DNA of 61,623 bases, filler included, from Hausera hauseri (taxonomy: Eukaryota), in the NCBI GenBank assembly GCA_046269625.1. It is 12 parts of 12 records of this genome, joined end to end, with 100 filler letters (N's around TTAATTAATTAA, not from the genome) between each part and the next. Parts side by side here need not be neighbours in the genome. Positions count along the whole stretch, not along the records: positions 1 to 4,974 come from JBJURY010373814.1; positions 5,075 to 9,115 come from JBJURY010800534.1; positions 9,216 to 16,277 come from JBJURY010040333.1; 9 more parts are not named here. The stretch is one strand, 5' to 3'. Each line of letters opens with the position of its first letter. Position 1 is the first letter of the stretch. Positions 1-12,249 of this stretch are shown here, in pieces. The position numbers were made by a program, and so were the translations under genes. The notes below the pieces were generated by a model. It worked only from the letters and a program-made list of their open reading frames with translations. It did not search any database and was not told where the DNA came from.

Positions 1-124
1 TTGACTGTAACTGGTTCTGAAAGACGAACATAAATCGGCTTACACAAAAAATGAATTGTGTAGCCAAAATACGTTCGAAGACCTTTAAATTGATGTGATC
101 TAGATTTTTCTTCACCCACAATCG

Positions 125-3100
125 TCACTTCGTCATCGAAAGATTGGAAGTTTTTGGAGTCCATTTTTCTAAAATGATACTGTCTGAAGGTGCAAAGTTC
201 TCACTTTCAGGAATTTGCCATTTGAGCTTAGGCCTAGATTTTGGTTGAGACACGAAATGAAAGTTAACGGGTTGAATTGGCAAATAAGTTTTATATTCGT
301 AAGGATGAATTGGATCTGTCCTAGCAGCTGGTCCAAGACCTTTAAAATTAAACGGAGTTACTTGCACAACGTAAGTATGTTCTGGATGTAATCTTGGTAA
401 AATACATTCACTTTCATTAGCTGATATTGTTGCAATATTGAATTCTTCACCAGTTGTTATATCGATTAAAGAAACCTTATATCCTTTAACGTCCAAACCT
501 CCAATATCAATGGGTTTCGACCAACGTGCAAAAAGTCCTAAATCATTATGTTGTATCCTCAGATTTGTTACTGGAAAAGGTTTGTCGAGTTTAGCCTGTG
601 GCCTAACAGATTGGTCCATCAATAAAGGAAGCAAAGATTTGCCATTTTTGTCATATGGGATAACACGAATCCATACATCATCGGTATCTTTCACACCATG
701 TACGACATAATTACGTTGAAATGTTTGCCCTTCGAATTCCCACTTTTTAAGATTAGGATTCCACTTTTCAATGACATACTTTTGAATTTCTGGTGATGGC
801 GCATATGCATCCCATGATGCTTGCAGACTAGCAGATGTTATAGGCTTAACAATCAATGGATTTCTATTAGAAACAGGGATTTCAAATCGTTCAACTGGTT
901 TTGTATAGTCAAGAGGTAAATGTCTAACTCCGAATATTTCATAACCATGTTTCTCTTGAGGTCGATCATACATTTCTCTAAGCGGAGAAACAAATTCTTC
1001 CGTAAAATCTTTGTAATCTTTTCCAGCAATCCAACCCTTTTCACCAGCAAAAGATGGATTGTAATCGGAGTATCGTGGTTTCAGAATTCCTTCCGGTGTT
1101 GAATAATCATAAATTAATGTAGGTATAGTATCGAGGTCTGATTCATATTTCTCAGGCAATCTCATTTGTACTGGTATGCTTTTCGATGTGCCATCATGAA
1201 TAGTGAATCTGAGATCTTTCGGTTTGGATCGATCAACACTTTTCGTCGGTATAGAAAATGTTGTTAATCCTTCCGGTAATTCAACCAATGGTTTCCATTT
1301 CATATCATCATCGTCAGACCGTTCCTCGATAAAAACAAATCTCTCATTCAATCGTTTATCTATTGGTAACTTCCACGATATATCAACTAAATCTTTTGTT
1401 TTATCAAAATTAACTTTGATGTTGTCCATTTGTGACAAAGACGGTAATGGCGATATCCACACAGGTTTAGGTAAATTGATAGGACTACTAACAGAATCTG
1501 GATAGACTGCTGAAACTCTAAATTCGTAGAATGTATTCGGAGCTAAATCGCCAACATCGTATTTAACTTTATCACCATCCATTTCAGATGGTTGGTATGT
1601 ATAATTAAGTGGTTCCCAAGAAGGTGTTGGAGAACTTAGATTTAATTTTTCTACTTTGTAAAACTTTACGTTTTCTTCTGATTTGGAACAGAACCATGGC
1701 AATGTCAATTTATCTTTATCCGGTTTGTTAATATTTGCTTGTAAGTCAGCTATCGGCTGAGATTTTCGCTTTATAATAAAACCTTCGTCGCTTATCAAAG
1801 GTTCACTAAGACCTTCATTGTTTCTTGCGCGAATTCTAAAATAATATTCATGATTTAATAACAGATCATTAACTAAACAGCTACAGTCAGAAGAGTTCGG
1901 TAGTGTCTTCCATGTTCCACCTCGCTTTTTATACTGAATTTCATAATCGATTATCTTTGAACCGCCATCATCCATAGGTGGTTTCCAAGAAATCTCTACG
2001 TTGTTATATTTAAGCTCTTTAGCTTTTACTGGACTTCGCGGTTTTCCAGGAATATTTACTTGCTCCTTTGGTGCTATTTGCACATCATTCTGAAGTGGTT
2101 CGGAAAATCCATTTTTATTTTCTGCTAAGACTTTAAAGTCATATTTAGTGCTTTCCATTAGATATTTAACGCTAAATTCCAATGGTTGACCACGAATATT
2201 GGGAACTACTCCAATTTCCTGCCAGCTAGTTCGGAAGCTTTCTCGTTTGTATAATCTGTAAGTTGTAATTGGCGAGCCACCATCATGTAATGGCTTTTTC
2301 CTTGACAGAAGACAAGAATTTTCGGTTATATTTGATATAGACAAAGGTCCTTGAGGTGCATTTGGAACTCCAGATACAGCTTCTGGCGACACAGGTTCTA
2401 ATGTAGATACAATATCTCCAGTTCCATATTGATTAAAACCCGCAACACCAAAATAATATTTCTTATCAGATGATAAACATTCGACTGTTAATTTATTAAT
2501 AAAGTGATCAACTGAACTCACTTTCGACCACTGTGAACCTGGCTTATCTTCTCTAACAAACACCGAATACCCATCAACATGGTGATGATGTTTTTGTCCA
2601 TGTTTACACTCACCCGGAATGGTCCACTGAATTGTAATGCTTTCCGAACCTTTTCCAATGACTTTAACCCAGTCTGGGCTATCCGGTGCGAGATGCAGTT
2701 CTTTTATGCAAAATTCATCAGTCACAAGTGCTTCGCCAGTCCTAAACTGATTCACAGCAGAAATATAAAAGTTATATATTTTCCCTGGCAAAAGATTCGG
2801 TATTTCAATTGTGGTTTGATTGACTGGAACTCTTCCAATCCTATGTAATGCAGGACTGTCTTTGTACCGCAAAGAACACACATAATGCGTTATTGGTGCA
2901 TCGCCTTCATCATCTGGTTTCTGCCATGACATTTCAACCGAATTTGATGTTACATTGTTAAATAGAACTGGTCCATTTGGTTTATCGGGTGGCTTAAGTG
3001 GATTTATGCACCCAATTGGTTCAGGTGTTGTCAGTGGAGCACTTTTTCCTTGATCATTTTCGGTCAGTACTCTAAAATAGTATTTATTTCCTGGTTTAAG

Positions 3101-4735
3101 ATTCTTTGCAATGTAAGAGCAATTATTTGCATCTGATGTACGGCCACAATATTTCCAATTAACGCCATCAGTACTTAATTCAATGCAATAATTTTTTGGA
3201 CAACCTGTCAAAGACGGATTCCATGTCAAACAAATACTTGTGGGAGAGTCGCAGTTTCCATTAAGTGGTCCCATAAGTGGCGATGGAATGAATGGATGAG
3301 TTTTGATATTGAATGGATTAGAGTATAATGGTGCACCCAATCCTAATGCATTTTGAGCACTTATTCTAAACGAATATATCTCATCACTGGAAACAGGTGT
3401 TATGAAGGACAACGTATTACCAGGACATTGTGTTAACGGCTTCCAATCAGTTTTACTTGTTTTTACATCCACATTATATTTTTCAATCAACAGTCCTCCA
3501 TCATCTAAAGGCATATTCCAAGACAACTGAATCTTTGATTCTGGTAATAGGGTTATCTTCAAAGGACCTTCCGGTGCACCAGGAACACTTTGTGGCCTGT
3601 TAAAAGCTATCGATTTATCACCTTCTAACCAATCACTAGGTCCTTCCTCGTTAACAGCTCTAATTCTGAATTTATAAGCATAACCATCCTTCAAATTCGA
3701 AACATCATAATTAATAATATTCGGTTTTAAAAATGCTTCAGGGGTCCAATCATTTTTGCTCCCAACTTCTTTCATTTGAAGTTCATAACGTTCTATTGGC
3801 TTTCCACCGTCGGATTTTGCAAGTTTCCAGAAGAGTCGCAAAGACGAATTATCCAACACAGTGTGAGACAGAGGTCCTTCTGGTGGTGATGGACGATCAT
3901 AAGTACTTTTCAAAACAAATGGCTCCGAATTTAAATAATCTCCATTTCCCATAGAATTACAAGCACAAATTCTAAAGCAATATTTCAAACCAGGTACAAG
4001 ACCATTCGTGGAGTATGATTTTGTGTTGGCTGAAAGTTTGATCAGCCGATTAAATACATTTTTCTTTTCATCTTTATATTCAAGAAGATAATGTGTGATC
4101 GAATCCCCATTATCAGTCAGTTTATTTTTCCCAGTTCCGGACACTGACCCGCACTTTGACCAGATGTTGGTGCCCGAATCTTTAATTTCTCTCTTTTCGA
4201 TAATGTAATTTGTAATCTTCGATCCACCATCGTCAATAGGAGGATTCCATTCGATTATACAACTTTCCGGACTATCGACAACAGCAGTAACAAGTTCAGG
4301 AGGCTGAGGTTCTGTTATAATTTTTAAAGTAGCCTTTTCCGACGTACGACCCACAGGGTTTTCTGCAATGATTTCATATACTCCACCGTCGTTTGGGGTC
4401 GTATTTTTGACAGTCATTAAATACTTATTATTAAATTTTTCTTGATTTAACTTTTCTGCAGCGGGAAAATCAATTATTATACCATTCTTCTTCCACAGAA
4501 CTTTACACTCAGGATAGCCAGTAACTACAGCAGATATAACAGCCTTTCCGGTTTTATTAACTGAAGTAGTTCCAACAGATTTTGAATCCATCAAAATTGT
4601 TGGCTTCTCTTCAACTTCCACGTGACAGGGGGTTTCAGCTGTACCAAAGTCATTTTTCAATCGACACATGTAACACCCGGATTCTTCAATCTTTGACATT
4701 TCGATAACAAAATTGGCATAGGTCTTTGTTATGTT
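125..4735 (-). CDS. Titin/twitchin/projectin-like giant muscle protein fragment (Ig I-set domains followed by a long run of Fn3 repeats)
   Basis: Repeated Fn3 motifs (W.PP.DDGGS.I..Y.IE, Y.FRI.A.N..G.S) and Ig motifs (V.GYP...V.W.KNG, DGGVYEI.AEN..G). Intronless, with an apparent internal deletion near 4130. Confidence 0.85.
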   Translation of the reverse strand, partial: NITKTYANFVIEMSKIEESGCYMCRLKNDFGTAETPCHVEVEEKPTILMDSKSVGTTSVNKTGKAVISAVVTGYPECKVLWKKNGIIIDFPAAEKLNQEKFNNKYLMTVKNTTPNDGGVYEIIAENPVGRTSEKATLKIITEPQPPELVTAVVDSPESCIIEWNPPIDDGGSKITNYIIEKREIKDSGTNIWSKCGSVSGTGKNKLTDNGDSITHYLLEYKDEKKNVFNRLIKLSANTKSYSTNGLVPGLKYCFRICACNSMGNGDYLNSEPFVLKSTYDRPSPPEGPLSHTVLDNSSLRLFWKLAKSDGGKPIERYELQMKEVGSKNDWTPEAFLKPNIINYDVSNLKDGYAYKFRIRAVNEEGPSDWLEGDKSIAFNRPQSVPGAPEGPLKITLLPESKIQLSWNMPLDDGGLLIEKYNVDVKTSKTDWKPLTQCPGNTLSFITPVSSDEIYSFRISAQNALGLGAPLYSNPFNIKTHPFIPSPLMGPLNGNCDSPTSICLTWNPSLTGCPKNYCIELSTDGVNWKYCGRTSDANNCSYIAKNLKPGNKYYFRVLTENDQGKSAPLTTPEPIGCINPLKPPDKPNGPVLFNNVTSNSVEMSWQKPDDEGDAPITHYVCSLRYKDSPALHRIGRVPVNQTTIEIPNLLPGKIYNFYISAVNQFRTGEALVTDEFCIKELHLAPDSPDWVKVIGKGSESITIQWTIPGECKHGQKHHHHVDGYSVFVREDKPGSQWSKVSSVDHFINKLTVECLSSDKKYYFGVAGFNQYGTGDIVSTLEPVSPEAVSGVPNAPQGPLSISNITENSCLLSRKKPLHDGGSPITTYRLYKRESFRTSWQEIGVVPNIRGQPLEFSVKYLMESTKYDFKVLAENKNGFSEPLQNDVQIAPKEQVNIPGKPRSPVKAKELKYNNVEISWKPPMDDGGSKIIDYEIQYKKRGGTWKTLPNSSDCSCLVNDLLLNHEYYFRIRARNNEGLSEPLISDEGFIIKRKSQPIADLQANINKPDKDKLTLPWFCSKSEENVKFYKVEKLNLSSPTPSWEPLNYTYQPSEMDGDKVKYDVGDLAPNTFYEFRVSAVYPDSVSSPINLPKPVWISPLPSLSQMDNIKVNFDKTKDLVDISWKLPIDKRLNERFVFIEERSDDDDMKWKPLVELPEGLTTFSIPTKSVDRSKPKDLRFTIHDGTSKSIPVQMRLPEKYESDLDTIPTLIYDYSTPEGILKPRYSDYNPSFAGEKGWIAGKDYKDFTEEFVSPLREMYDRPQEKHGYEIFGVRHLPLDYTKPVERFEIPVSNRNPLIVKPITSASLQASWDAYAPSPEIQKYVIEKWNPNLKKWEFEGQTFQRNYVVHGVKDTDDVWIRVIPYDKNGKSLLPLLMDQSVRPQAKLDKPFPVTNLRIQHNDLGLFARWSKPIDIGGLDVKGYKVSLIDITTGEEFNIATISANESECILPRLHPEHTYVVQVTPFNFKGLGPAARTDPIHPYEYKTYLPIQPVNFHFVSQPKSRPKLKWQIPESENFAPSDSIILEKWTPKTSNLSMTK

Positions 4736-4974
4736 TACATCTGCTGGACCAACGGCATTGGCAATGTAACCAAACGAATTAATCGCTGCTCGTCGAATGG
4801 ATTTTTTCGGAGATTTCAGAATTTCTATTAAATCAAAACATATACGCATCCATTTTCGAGATCTTACTTGGTCGTTGGCTTTTTCCGCAATAAAACTGAC
4901 GATATTAATACAATTTTCTTGGACTTTTTCATTCCGATTTTTTAAGATCGGCGTTAAACGAGGAAAAATTTCAT
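4736..4974 (-). pseudogene. SF3B1: SF3B1 HEAT-repeat fragment, in frame with the titin-like ORF and open to the contig end
   Basis: Translates [79 protein letters not shown]. This matches conserved SF3B1 [19 protein letters not shown]...WMRICFELL..LKAHKK.IRRA..NTFGYIAKAIGP.DV. Confidence 0.9.
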
Positions 4975-5074
4975 NNNNNNNNNNNNNNNNNNNNNNNNNN
5001 NNNNNNNNNNNNNNNNNNTTAATTAATTAANNNNNNNNNNNNNNNNNNNNNNNNNNNNNNNNNNNNNNNNNNNN
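4975..5074. other. Artificial contig spacer; the same structure occurs at 9116-9215, 16278-16377, 21067-21166, 26384-26483, 31362-31461, 36408-36507, 40731-40830, 47359-47458, 53344-53443 and 57434-57533
   Basis: Each is 100 nt of N with a central TTAATTAATTAA (stops in all six frames). Confidence 0.98.
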
Positions 5075-7030
5075 AAGTAATCCGACATATAGATGTTATG
5101 AAGACAGAAGCAGGCCTTCGGGTCGAATTAAATTTATTGCTGAGGTTAAATTTTATGATTAGAAATCAGGAAGTGAAACTCATGGAAGAAATATGCGAAA
5201 TGATCGAAGAGACGGATCTGTCGACGAAACAAGTGATTTGCCATGTCTACAGGCTTAAAACGCATTCGACATTTGGCAACAAAACCTACCAAAGAAATAT
5301 TGATATGCGATTTAACAACGTTGGGTATCTGCGCAAACCACAGGATTGCTCTGGAATAATAAAATTCCCACACTATCCACAGGAGTGGGCATCAAAGACA
5401 GACCAAAATTGCCATGCTGGATTAATTGAAATAAAGCATGACCGTTACCTCACATCAGAAGGGGCTAAATTCGTAAAGAAATTGATCGACGAAATAGATT
5501 TAGATTCAAAAACCTTAACCGAAATGAACGAATTAATATCGCTATTAACAGTAATGGCAGAAATCAATGACAAGATGCGACAATTAGCAACTCAAATTCG
5601 ACACGCCAAGGAACTTCGAATGAGTACGAAACAGAGAGCAGCAGAACTAGATTAACTAGTAAAAGAACTGGAGGTCTATAGAAATAAATATAATTTTACT
5701 CGACCTGAGATAACGAATAAAAACGAATTTGCAGAGGTGGTTAAGAGATGTGACTACTGAACTAACGGATTACGAAAGAAAGGGACTCCTTCATGCAGAT
5801 GAACTAGGACCGACATTACGAATGATACAAATCGTTTGTGGGAACGGATGGAGTTCCGCACCGCCTTAATCAAAGAAATCCAGCCGAGGCTGAAGGAAAT
5901 CCGAGAGAATGTAAGAAAAGCGAGCACGGCACTACTAGATTACGGATTTCCAGAGGTTACAGACGATCAAGGATGGGATGTTTATTTGGAGGATGTATAC
6001 AATCAAAATCCTAAAACTCCTATTCAACTTCAAGAGCCTACTATACTTCCGCGGGATCGACGATTTTGTGTGGAGATGCTCCTGGATCCTGCACTGGCTG
6101 AAGGAGATGTAATCGAACAAATTGATGTAAATAGACCTGAAAATAAATTCAGACAATTAATCCCTACGTTAACTAAGTTATCAAGTTAAAATACCGTTTA
6201 TAGCGCTGTGCCAAAACTTTTGATAAGAAAATGCTCTAAAATCTTAAGGGCTAAATCCGAAACGACGATTAATTTCGGGTTTTAATTATTCCAGAAGAAT
6301 CGAATAGGATAGTGGCCGTAATTACCAGTGAACAGACAAAGGATGAAGGTATAAGGAAAGCAAGAGATGAACATTGCGTAGGACGAATTATGGGAATTCA
6401 AAACCCTACCATGAATTTTGAATACGAAGATAAGGAGCAGTATGATAAAAATTTGGTGCCACTTGGTGAGGCGATGCCGCCTGCAGCAAAACAAAAGCGA
6501 CCAGTTGGAAGGCCAAGGCAAGTATGAGACGACTTTTACCACAATGCAGACATAATCAAAGAGCTAAGGCAAATTTTGATGCCAGTGATTAACTCAGACG
6601 CTAAAGAACTAACCGAGCTAATGAGGAATCTTATAAGAATAATGAACTATTTGGGACCAAGAAACGACATTAGATGAAAAGGAAAGAACTATATATGATG
6701 CCGCTAGACTAATGAGAATGTCTCGATTCAAAATAACTAAGAGTACCCTACTTGATGAGACCGTAGTTGAGAAAATTATGATGTAAAGTACTAAAGAAGA
6801 ATTGAGGAAGGTAGTATTGTACTTGACGACAAAAACGAATCCGTTTCGAAATAATGAATGCAATAAAACCATTAACTTAGCCGGGAGGTCTGCTAGAAAG
6901 ATCCCTACAGAAATAAATTGGTCTAAATTATTTCACAACGAAGATGAGAATAGACCGTCTACTAGTTGTGGAAGGATTGAAGACGTTGTAAGGAATTTAA
7001 TGACTATTAGCTCGACAAGAAATGAATCAA
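5075..7030 (+). pseudogene. Decayed coding region of unknown function (helical/coiled-coil, AT-hook-like RPVGRPR) upstream of a viral-type glycoprotein
   Basis: Consecutive plus-strand ORFs (5098-5655, 5836-6189, 6312-6527, 6802-7098) are broken by single stops or frameshifts. No family recognised. Confidence 0.4.
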
Positions 7031-7035
7031 ATTGG

Positions 7036-9101
7036 ATGATTAAATTAGTAACACTTCTGATGTTAAAACAATTGAGACCGATTACAGTATACGACTGACA
7101 AGTTCAAATGAGGTCAGAAATACTCCCTAATGGACTTGGAAATGTGCGAGGACGCCAGATCCCATAAGTTAGTAACAATTGAGAAAAAGTACTTTCTATA
7201 TCAGTAACGCGGGCTGATTGCGTGGAATGGAATAGAATGCATGTTGCGTAGATCTCGAAGCATTTTTATTGTGGACAAATGCACGGACATTCCTCGATAA
7301 TTAAGCCAACTACACTAACCCCTATGGACTTAGACAACAATGCAGACAGGCCAGAGACTGGAAGGTTGAGATGGGACGATATGGAATTATAAGCACAAAG
7401 AAAAATAATTCGGACATATAAGGTAGCAGTTGAAATATTAGACATGCACACCGGATACTGTAATGGAGCAGAATACGATATGGAGAAGGAAAAGGTGTAG
7501 TAGTAGTCGATTTTTATGAGACAAATGAGAAATCAAAGGGCAATGTTTTAGTGTTACAAAAGCATACACCGAAAATCAAGTGTCACATTCAAGATGGTGC
7601 CAGAGCCTTCTCGAGCTCGATAATTATTTCGACTCCACAACCTGTAAACGATTGTAACTTCCTTAAAATAAGAGATAAAATTCAACGAAACAACCGGAAA
7701 AAGTATATGGATACATTAGGTACGAATACCAGATCAAGGAAGGAACACCTCACCAACAATATGAATTTTAGACGATCATGGATTGAAATTCATTAAGAAG
7801 CAGATGTTCTACCGATGTAACGTAGTAATGTACGCCACCAACTACGAAGCATTTTTTGTCGCAGAAGCTAAAATAACTACCTTCACGTTGGAAACGCAAG
7901 ACGTGAGGATAGAAGATTACTTGAAAAATAGACATGATTATTTCTACTATAAGGGACAAACCGGAATAGCAGAACTATACCACAAAACGATTACGAATGA
8001 TTGTAAGTTGAACATGGAAATTGAGAACCAAATTAGCTTTAATATACGACAATCCATAACTAGCTTCACCATAATTTCGATGAAAGAAGGTATTTTTAGA
8101 CGAGTCACCGGAGAAGTCTTACTAACATATGAATCCGAGAAACGAGATGTATTTATAAACGTCGAGGAAAATCGCTGTATACAAGAATTGCCAATCTTAT
8201 ACCAGAATGTACCTCGATTACCCACGCTACTTACTAGAGTCTTACTGGAAATCTCAACGCAGCCAACGATTTGAAGGAATGTACATAGGGTCCAGGAGAA
8301 CCCATGTTTAGAAGTGAGATTGGGCAAGTCTGCCAAATGGTGGAATAACAGCAGCACCGAGTAAACTAACAGGAATGAACTTGGTAAAGGGTATAAGGGA
8401 TGATAGATTCGCCGACACCGCAAGCAACGGAATTTACAAACCGAAGGAAATTGAAACCTTTAGACAATTTCTAGCTTTTCCTCGTCAGCGTACACATGAA
8501 CTGAACAGAGTTATGTCGACAGTAATAGATGATACTGGCTATCAGGCGAAATGAGAATCTTTACTTGGTGCTAACCACGGAAATATACAAAATCTGGATG
8601 TTTAATTTTCGGACAAGCCGCATCTGGATCTTTAGCCATCTATTTCCTAGTACAATTAATCAAAGCATTAATTAAATCCATTATACACGGTTATGAAATA
8701 TTCACCTTAACTGGATTTTCGTGTAAAATTTTGACAGCAATCATAACGCCTTTTGGAAAACTTTTGAAGGCATGAGGAGGGCAGATGGAAAAGTGATGTT
8801 GAAAGATATTGGTTACTATAATCGGAAACGAAAGGGAAGACCTGTATTCAAAGGACGAAAGGATATAAAAACACGAAGGAACAATTCGGACGATGACGAG
8901 CCTAAGGAAGGAGACGCGGTCTCCAAAATAAATAAGCATAAGGCATACTCAGTCTTAAAACCTCTGCCCATGTTGCCCCCTTCGGCACCTGTATATGAGG
9001 ATTGCGATAAAAGATCGATTAACTCATACAGATCAGAAATCTTTCGAAAACTTTTCAATTATGAAGGGACAAAGCAATATGGTGTCTTACGAAAAATATG
9101 A
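7036..9101 (+). pseudogene. Chuvirus-like (Jingchuvirales) class III glycoprotein, decayed endogenous viral element or env-like gene
   Basis: Signal peptide MIKLVTLLML then VYD[C]..YSLMDLEMC. Also CMLRRSRSIFYCGQMHGHSS, GIFRRVTGEVLL...RCIQELPILY...TRVL and GIYKPKEIETFRQFLAFP. C-terminal hydrophobic segment IIHGYEIFTLTGFS. Many stops and frameshifts. Confidence 0.75.
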
Positions 9102-9215
9102 AAGTAGAGAAAAGTNNNNNNNNNNNNNNNNNNNNNNNNNNNNNNNNNNNNNNNNNNNNTTAATTAATTAANNNNNNNNNNNNNNNNNNNNNNNNNNNNN
9201 NNNNNNNNNNNNNNN

Positions 9216-11925
9216 ATCGGTCGAAAACACGTATGAACAGTTCTGCAAATAATAGTCACTGGTATTGCAAGTCACTCCAGACAAGTATATCGTTCCGCTC
9301 CCGCCACCATAGTTAGGTATGATTATGCCGAAGGCAATATCCTTATATCCTAGGCTGTGACACAAAGGAAGAGCCGTGACAATCCCAACACCAGCACTGC
9401 ACACAGTCCCCCAGCCACTCCCAGCGGCTGGCTGTATCTCAACCCTGCCGCGTCCAGCAATATCACCACCACCAAGCCGCAATGCCCACAACACAGGGTT
9501 CGTCGACGTCGGACCACGGCAGTTCACTCCAACGTCCTCAGCGTGCGTGCAGGTGTTCCACATCTCGCTAGGCGAAGAGTACGAATATGAGCAGTTCTGA
9601 ACATAGTAGTCCGTAATGGTGCAGCTTACATTCGAGAGGTAGACAGTCCCACTCCCCCCTCCGAAATTCGGCAGCACAACACTACTATTTACATTCATGT
9701 ACCCGAGTGAGTGACAGGCAGCAACAGCCGATGCATTCGTGAATCCGGTGCTACACACAGTCCCCCACGAGTCGTATCGTGTGGGTCGCATCTCCAGACG
9801 GCCTCGTCTAGATGAACCTCCACCACCAACCAATCGGAACTCCCACTGGCTAGAATCTGTGGGAGCAGTCCCGCGACAGTTGATGGATATATCATGGACA
9901 TGTCGGCAATCACTCAAATCCACAAACTCGGTCGAGTATATAAATGTGCAATTCTGAATATAAAAGTTCGATGATTGACAGTTAACGTTATCCATGTAAA
10001 TGGGACCAGTGCCGGTTGCTCCGTAAAAATAGTAAGCATTAGTCATGTTGGTCCATCCTAGAGAATGGCACACAGCCAACGCAACTCTGTTATTGAACCA
10101 GTCGTGACACACCGTACCCCACGGTGACACAGAGCTCGGGCGTGCACGCAGTACCCCATACCGCCCACCTTCACCGAGAGAGAACTCCCAGTTCCCTGGC
10201 GGCGGCCGATAGTTCCGAATTGGGGCATTACCTCTGGGATAGCAGTTGACAGTAACATCCCCACTGTGTGTACACCCACTCCAGTCCTGCGTTGGCGTCG
10301 AGTATACATACGTGCAGTTCTGTAGGTACACATTCGAGGCACTACAGCTCACGTTTGACATGTAGATCGTCCCAGTGCCATAGCTGCGTTGCGCTTCATC
10401 AGTCACGAACGCAGCGCTTGTAACAGTGAGTCCACTGCTCCGACACGCAGCAAGAGCAGCAGTGTTGTCAAAGCCACTCACACCACACACAGTCCCCCAT
10501 GAAGACACATTGTCAGGACGCACGGACAATAGACCAGCATACGGTGAGCTCCCAGTAATACGCACCTCCCATCCACGAGGCCGCACATCCCGTGACGAGT
10601 TAGATGTCAGCGTGAGCAGTCCGAATAATTCTCCAATACGCGACATGTTCACATTCAGCAACCGAAAGTCAAGAAGGCTCCGCGACGGATCAATGTAAAA
10701 AGAAATAGCTGGAGGATCCATAAAGCGGAACTGCATCGTGCCAATACCGGACGTGCCCGTACCCTGTGTATGGAATACCCACACACGCGAGTCGCTCACA
10801 TTCACGTATTGTGCAATCTTCGCACTCACCTGTGATGCACTCGTCACAGCATTATTGTATGTCCCAGTGTACCCAATAATTGAGGCATTGCTCTGTGGCG
10901 TCACACCCCGGCAGTCAACACCAACGTCCTGTGCGTGGACACAGCTGTTCCACATATCAGCATCGGTCGAAAACACATATGAACAGTTCTGCAAATAATA
11001 GTCACCAGTATTGCAAGTCACTCCAGACAAGTATATCGTTCCGCTCCCGCCACCATAGTTAGGTATGATTATGCCAAAGGCAATATCCTTATACCCTAGG
11101 CTGTGACACAAAGGAAGAGCCGTGACAATCCCAACACCAACACTGCACACAGTCCCCCAGGTACTCCCAGAGTTTGGCTGTATCTCAACCCTGCCGCGTC
11201 CAGCAACATCACCACCACCAAGCCGCAATGTCCACAACGCAGGGTTCGTCGACGTCGGGGAACGGCAGTCCACACCAACATCCTCAGCGTGCGTGCAAGC
11301 GTTCCACATCTGGTTAGGCGAAGAGTACGAATACGAGCAGTTCTGGACATAGTAGTCTGTTGGGGTGCAGCTTACATTGGAAAGGTACACAGTCCCACTC
11401 CCCCCTCCGAAGTTCGACAAAACAACACTACCTGTCACATTCATGTACCCGAGTGAGTGACAAGCAGCAACAGCAGACGCATTCGTGAACCCTGTGCTAC
11501 AGACAGTCCCCCATGAGTCGTATCGTGTGGATCGCATTTCCAAACGGCCTCGTCTAGATGAACCTCCACCAACCACTCGGAACTCCCACTGGCTTGGATC
11601 TGTGGGAGCAGTCCCGCGACAGTTGATGGACACATCCTCGAAATGATGGCAATCATTCAACCGCACAAACTCGGTCGAGTATATAAATGTGCAATTCTGA
11701 ATATAGAAGTTCGACGGTTGACAGTCAACGTTATCCATGTAAATCGCACCAGTGCCGCTCGCTCCGAAAAAATAGTAAGCATTAGTCATGTTGGTCCATC
11801 CTAGAGAATGGCACGCAGCCAACGCAACATTGTTATTGAAATAGTCGCGACACACCGTACCCCACGGTGACACAGAGCTCGGGCGTGCACGCAGTACCCC
11901 ATACCGCCCACCTTCACCGAGAGAG
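9216..11925 (-). repeat. Intragenic higher-order repeat, unit about 1743 bp (4 different SRCR domains plus a linker)
   Basis: Near-identical DNA at an offset of 1743 (e.g. cgtgcacgcagtaccccatac at 10141 and 11884). Confidence 0.85.
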
Positions 11926-12249
11926 NNNNNNNNNNNNNNNNNNNNNNNNNNNNNNNNNNNNNNNNNNNNNNNNNNNNNNNNNNNNNNNNNNNNNNNNNNN
12001 NNNNNNNNNNNNNNNNNNNNNNNNNCCACACACAGTCCCCCATGAAGACACATTGTCAGGACGCACGGACAATAGACCAGCATACGGTGAGCTCCCAGTA
12101 ATCTGAACCTGAAACGGAGCCGTAACACCTATTGTCATTGTCCCATTGGTTCTAATGCCACCTTGAATCCGCTGTGCAGCATAAACGGCTCTGTCAAAAA
12201 AAACGGTGGCTAAAAGAAGTTGGACAGCAATGTAAAAAATAATCATCAT
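9216..12249 (-). CDS. Large secreted/surface scavenger-receptor cysteine-rich (SRCR) repeat protein, 3' end missing
   Basis: Signal peptide from ATG at 12249 (MMIIFYIAVQLLLATVFF). At least 8 SRCR domains (GR.E.....WGTVC...F....A...C.SLG...G.G.I.L..V.C...C.H.EDVGV.C). Spans the N gap at 11926-12025. Intronless. Confidence 0.9.

Noticed and set aside
438-3954. Short plus-strand ORFs within the titin-like gene (likewise those antisense to SRCR and WDR36)
   Set aside because: They are antisense shadows of real coding sequence with no independent motifs.
5019-5030. TTAATTAATTAA as a biological motif
   Set aside because: It is always centred in 100-nt N spacers, so it is an artificial linker.
12026-12128. 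N-terminus MLRLRFRFRLL of ORF 9168-12128
   Set aside because: It is a wrong-frame read across the N gap. The signal peptide and SRCR motif are in the frame starting at 12249.
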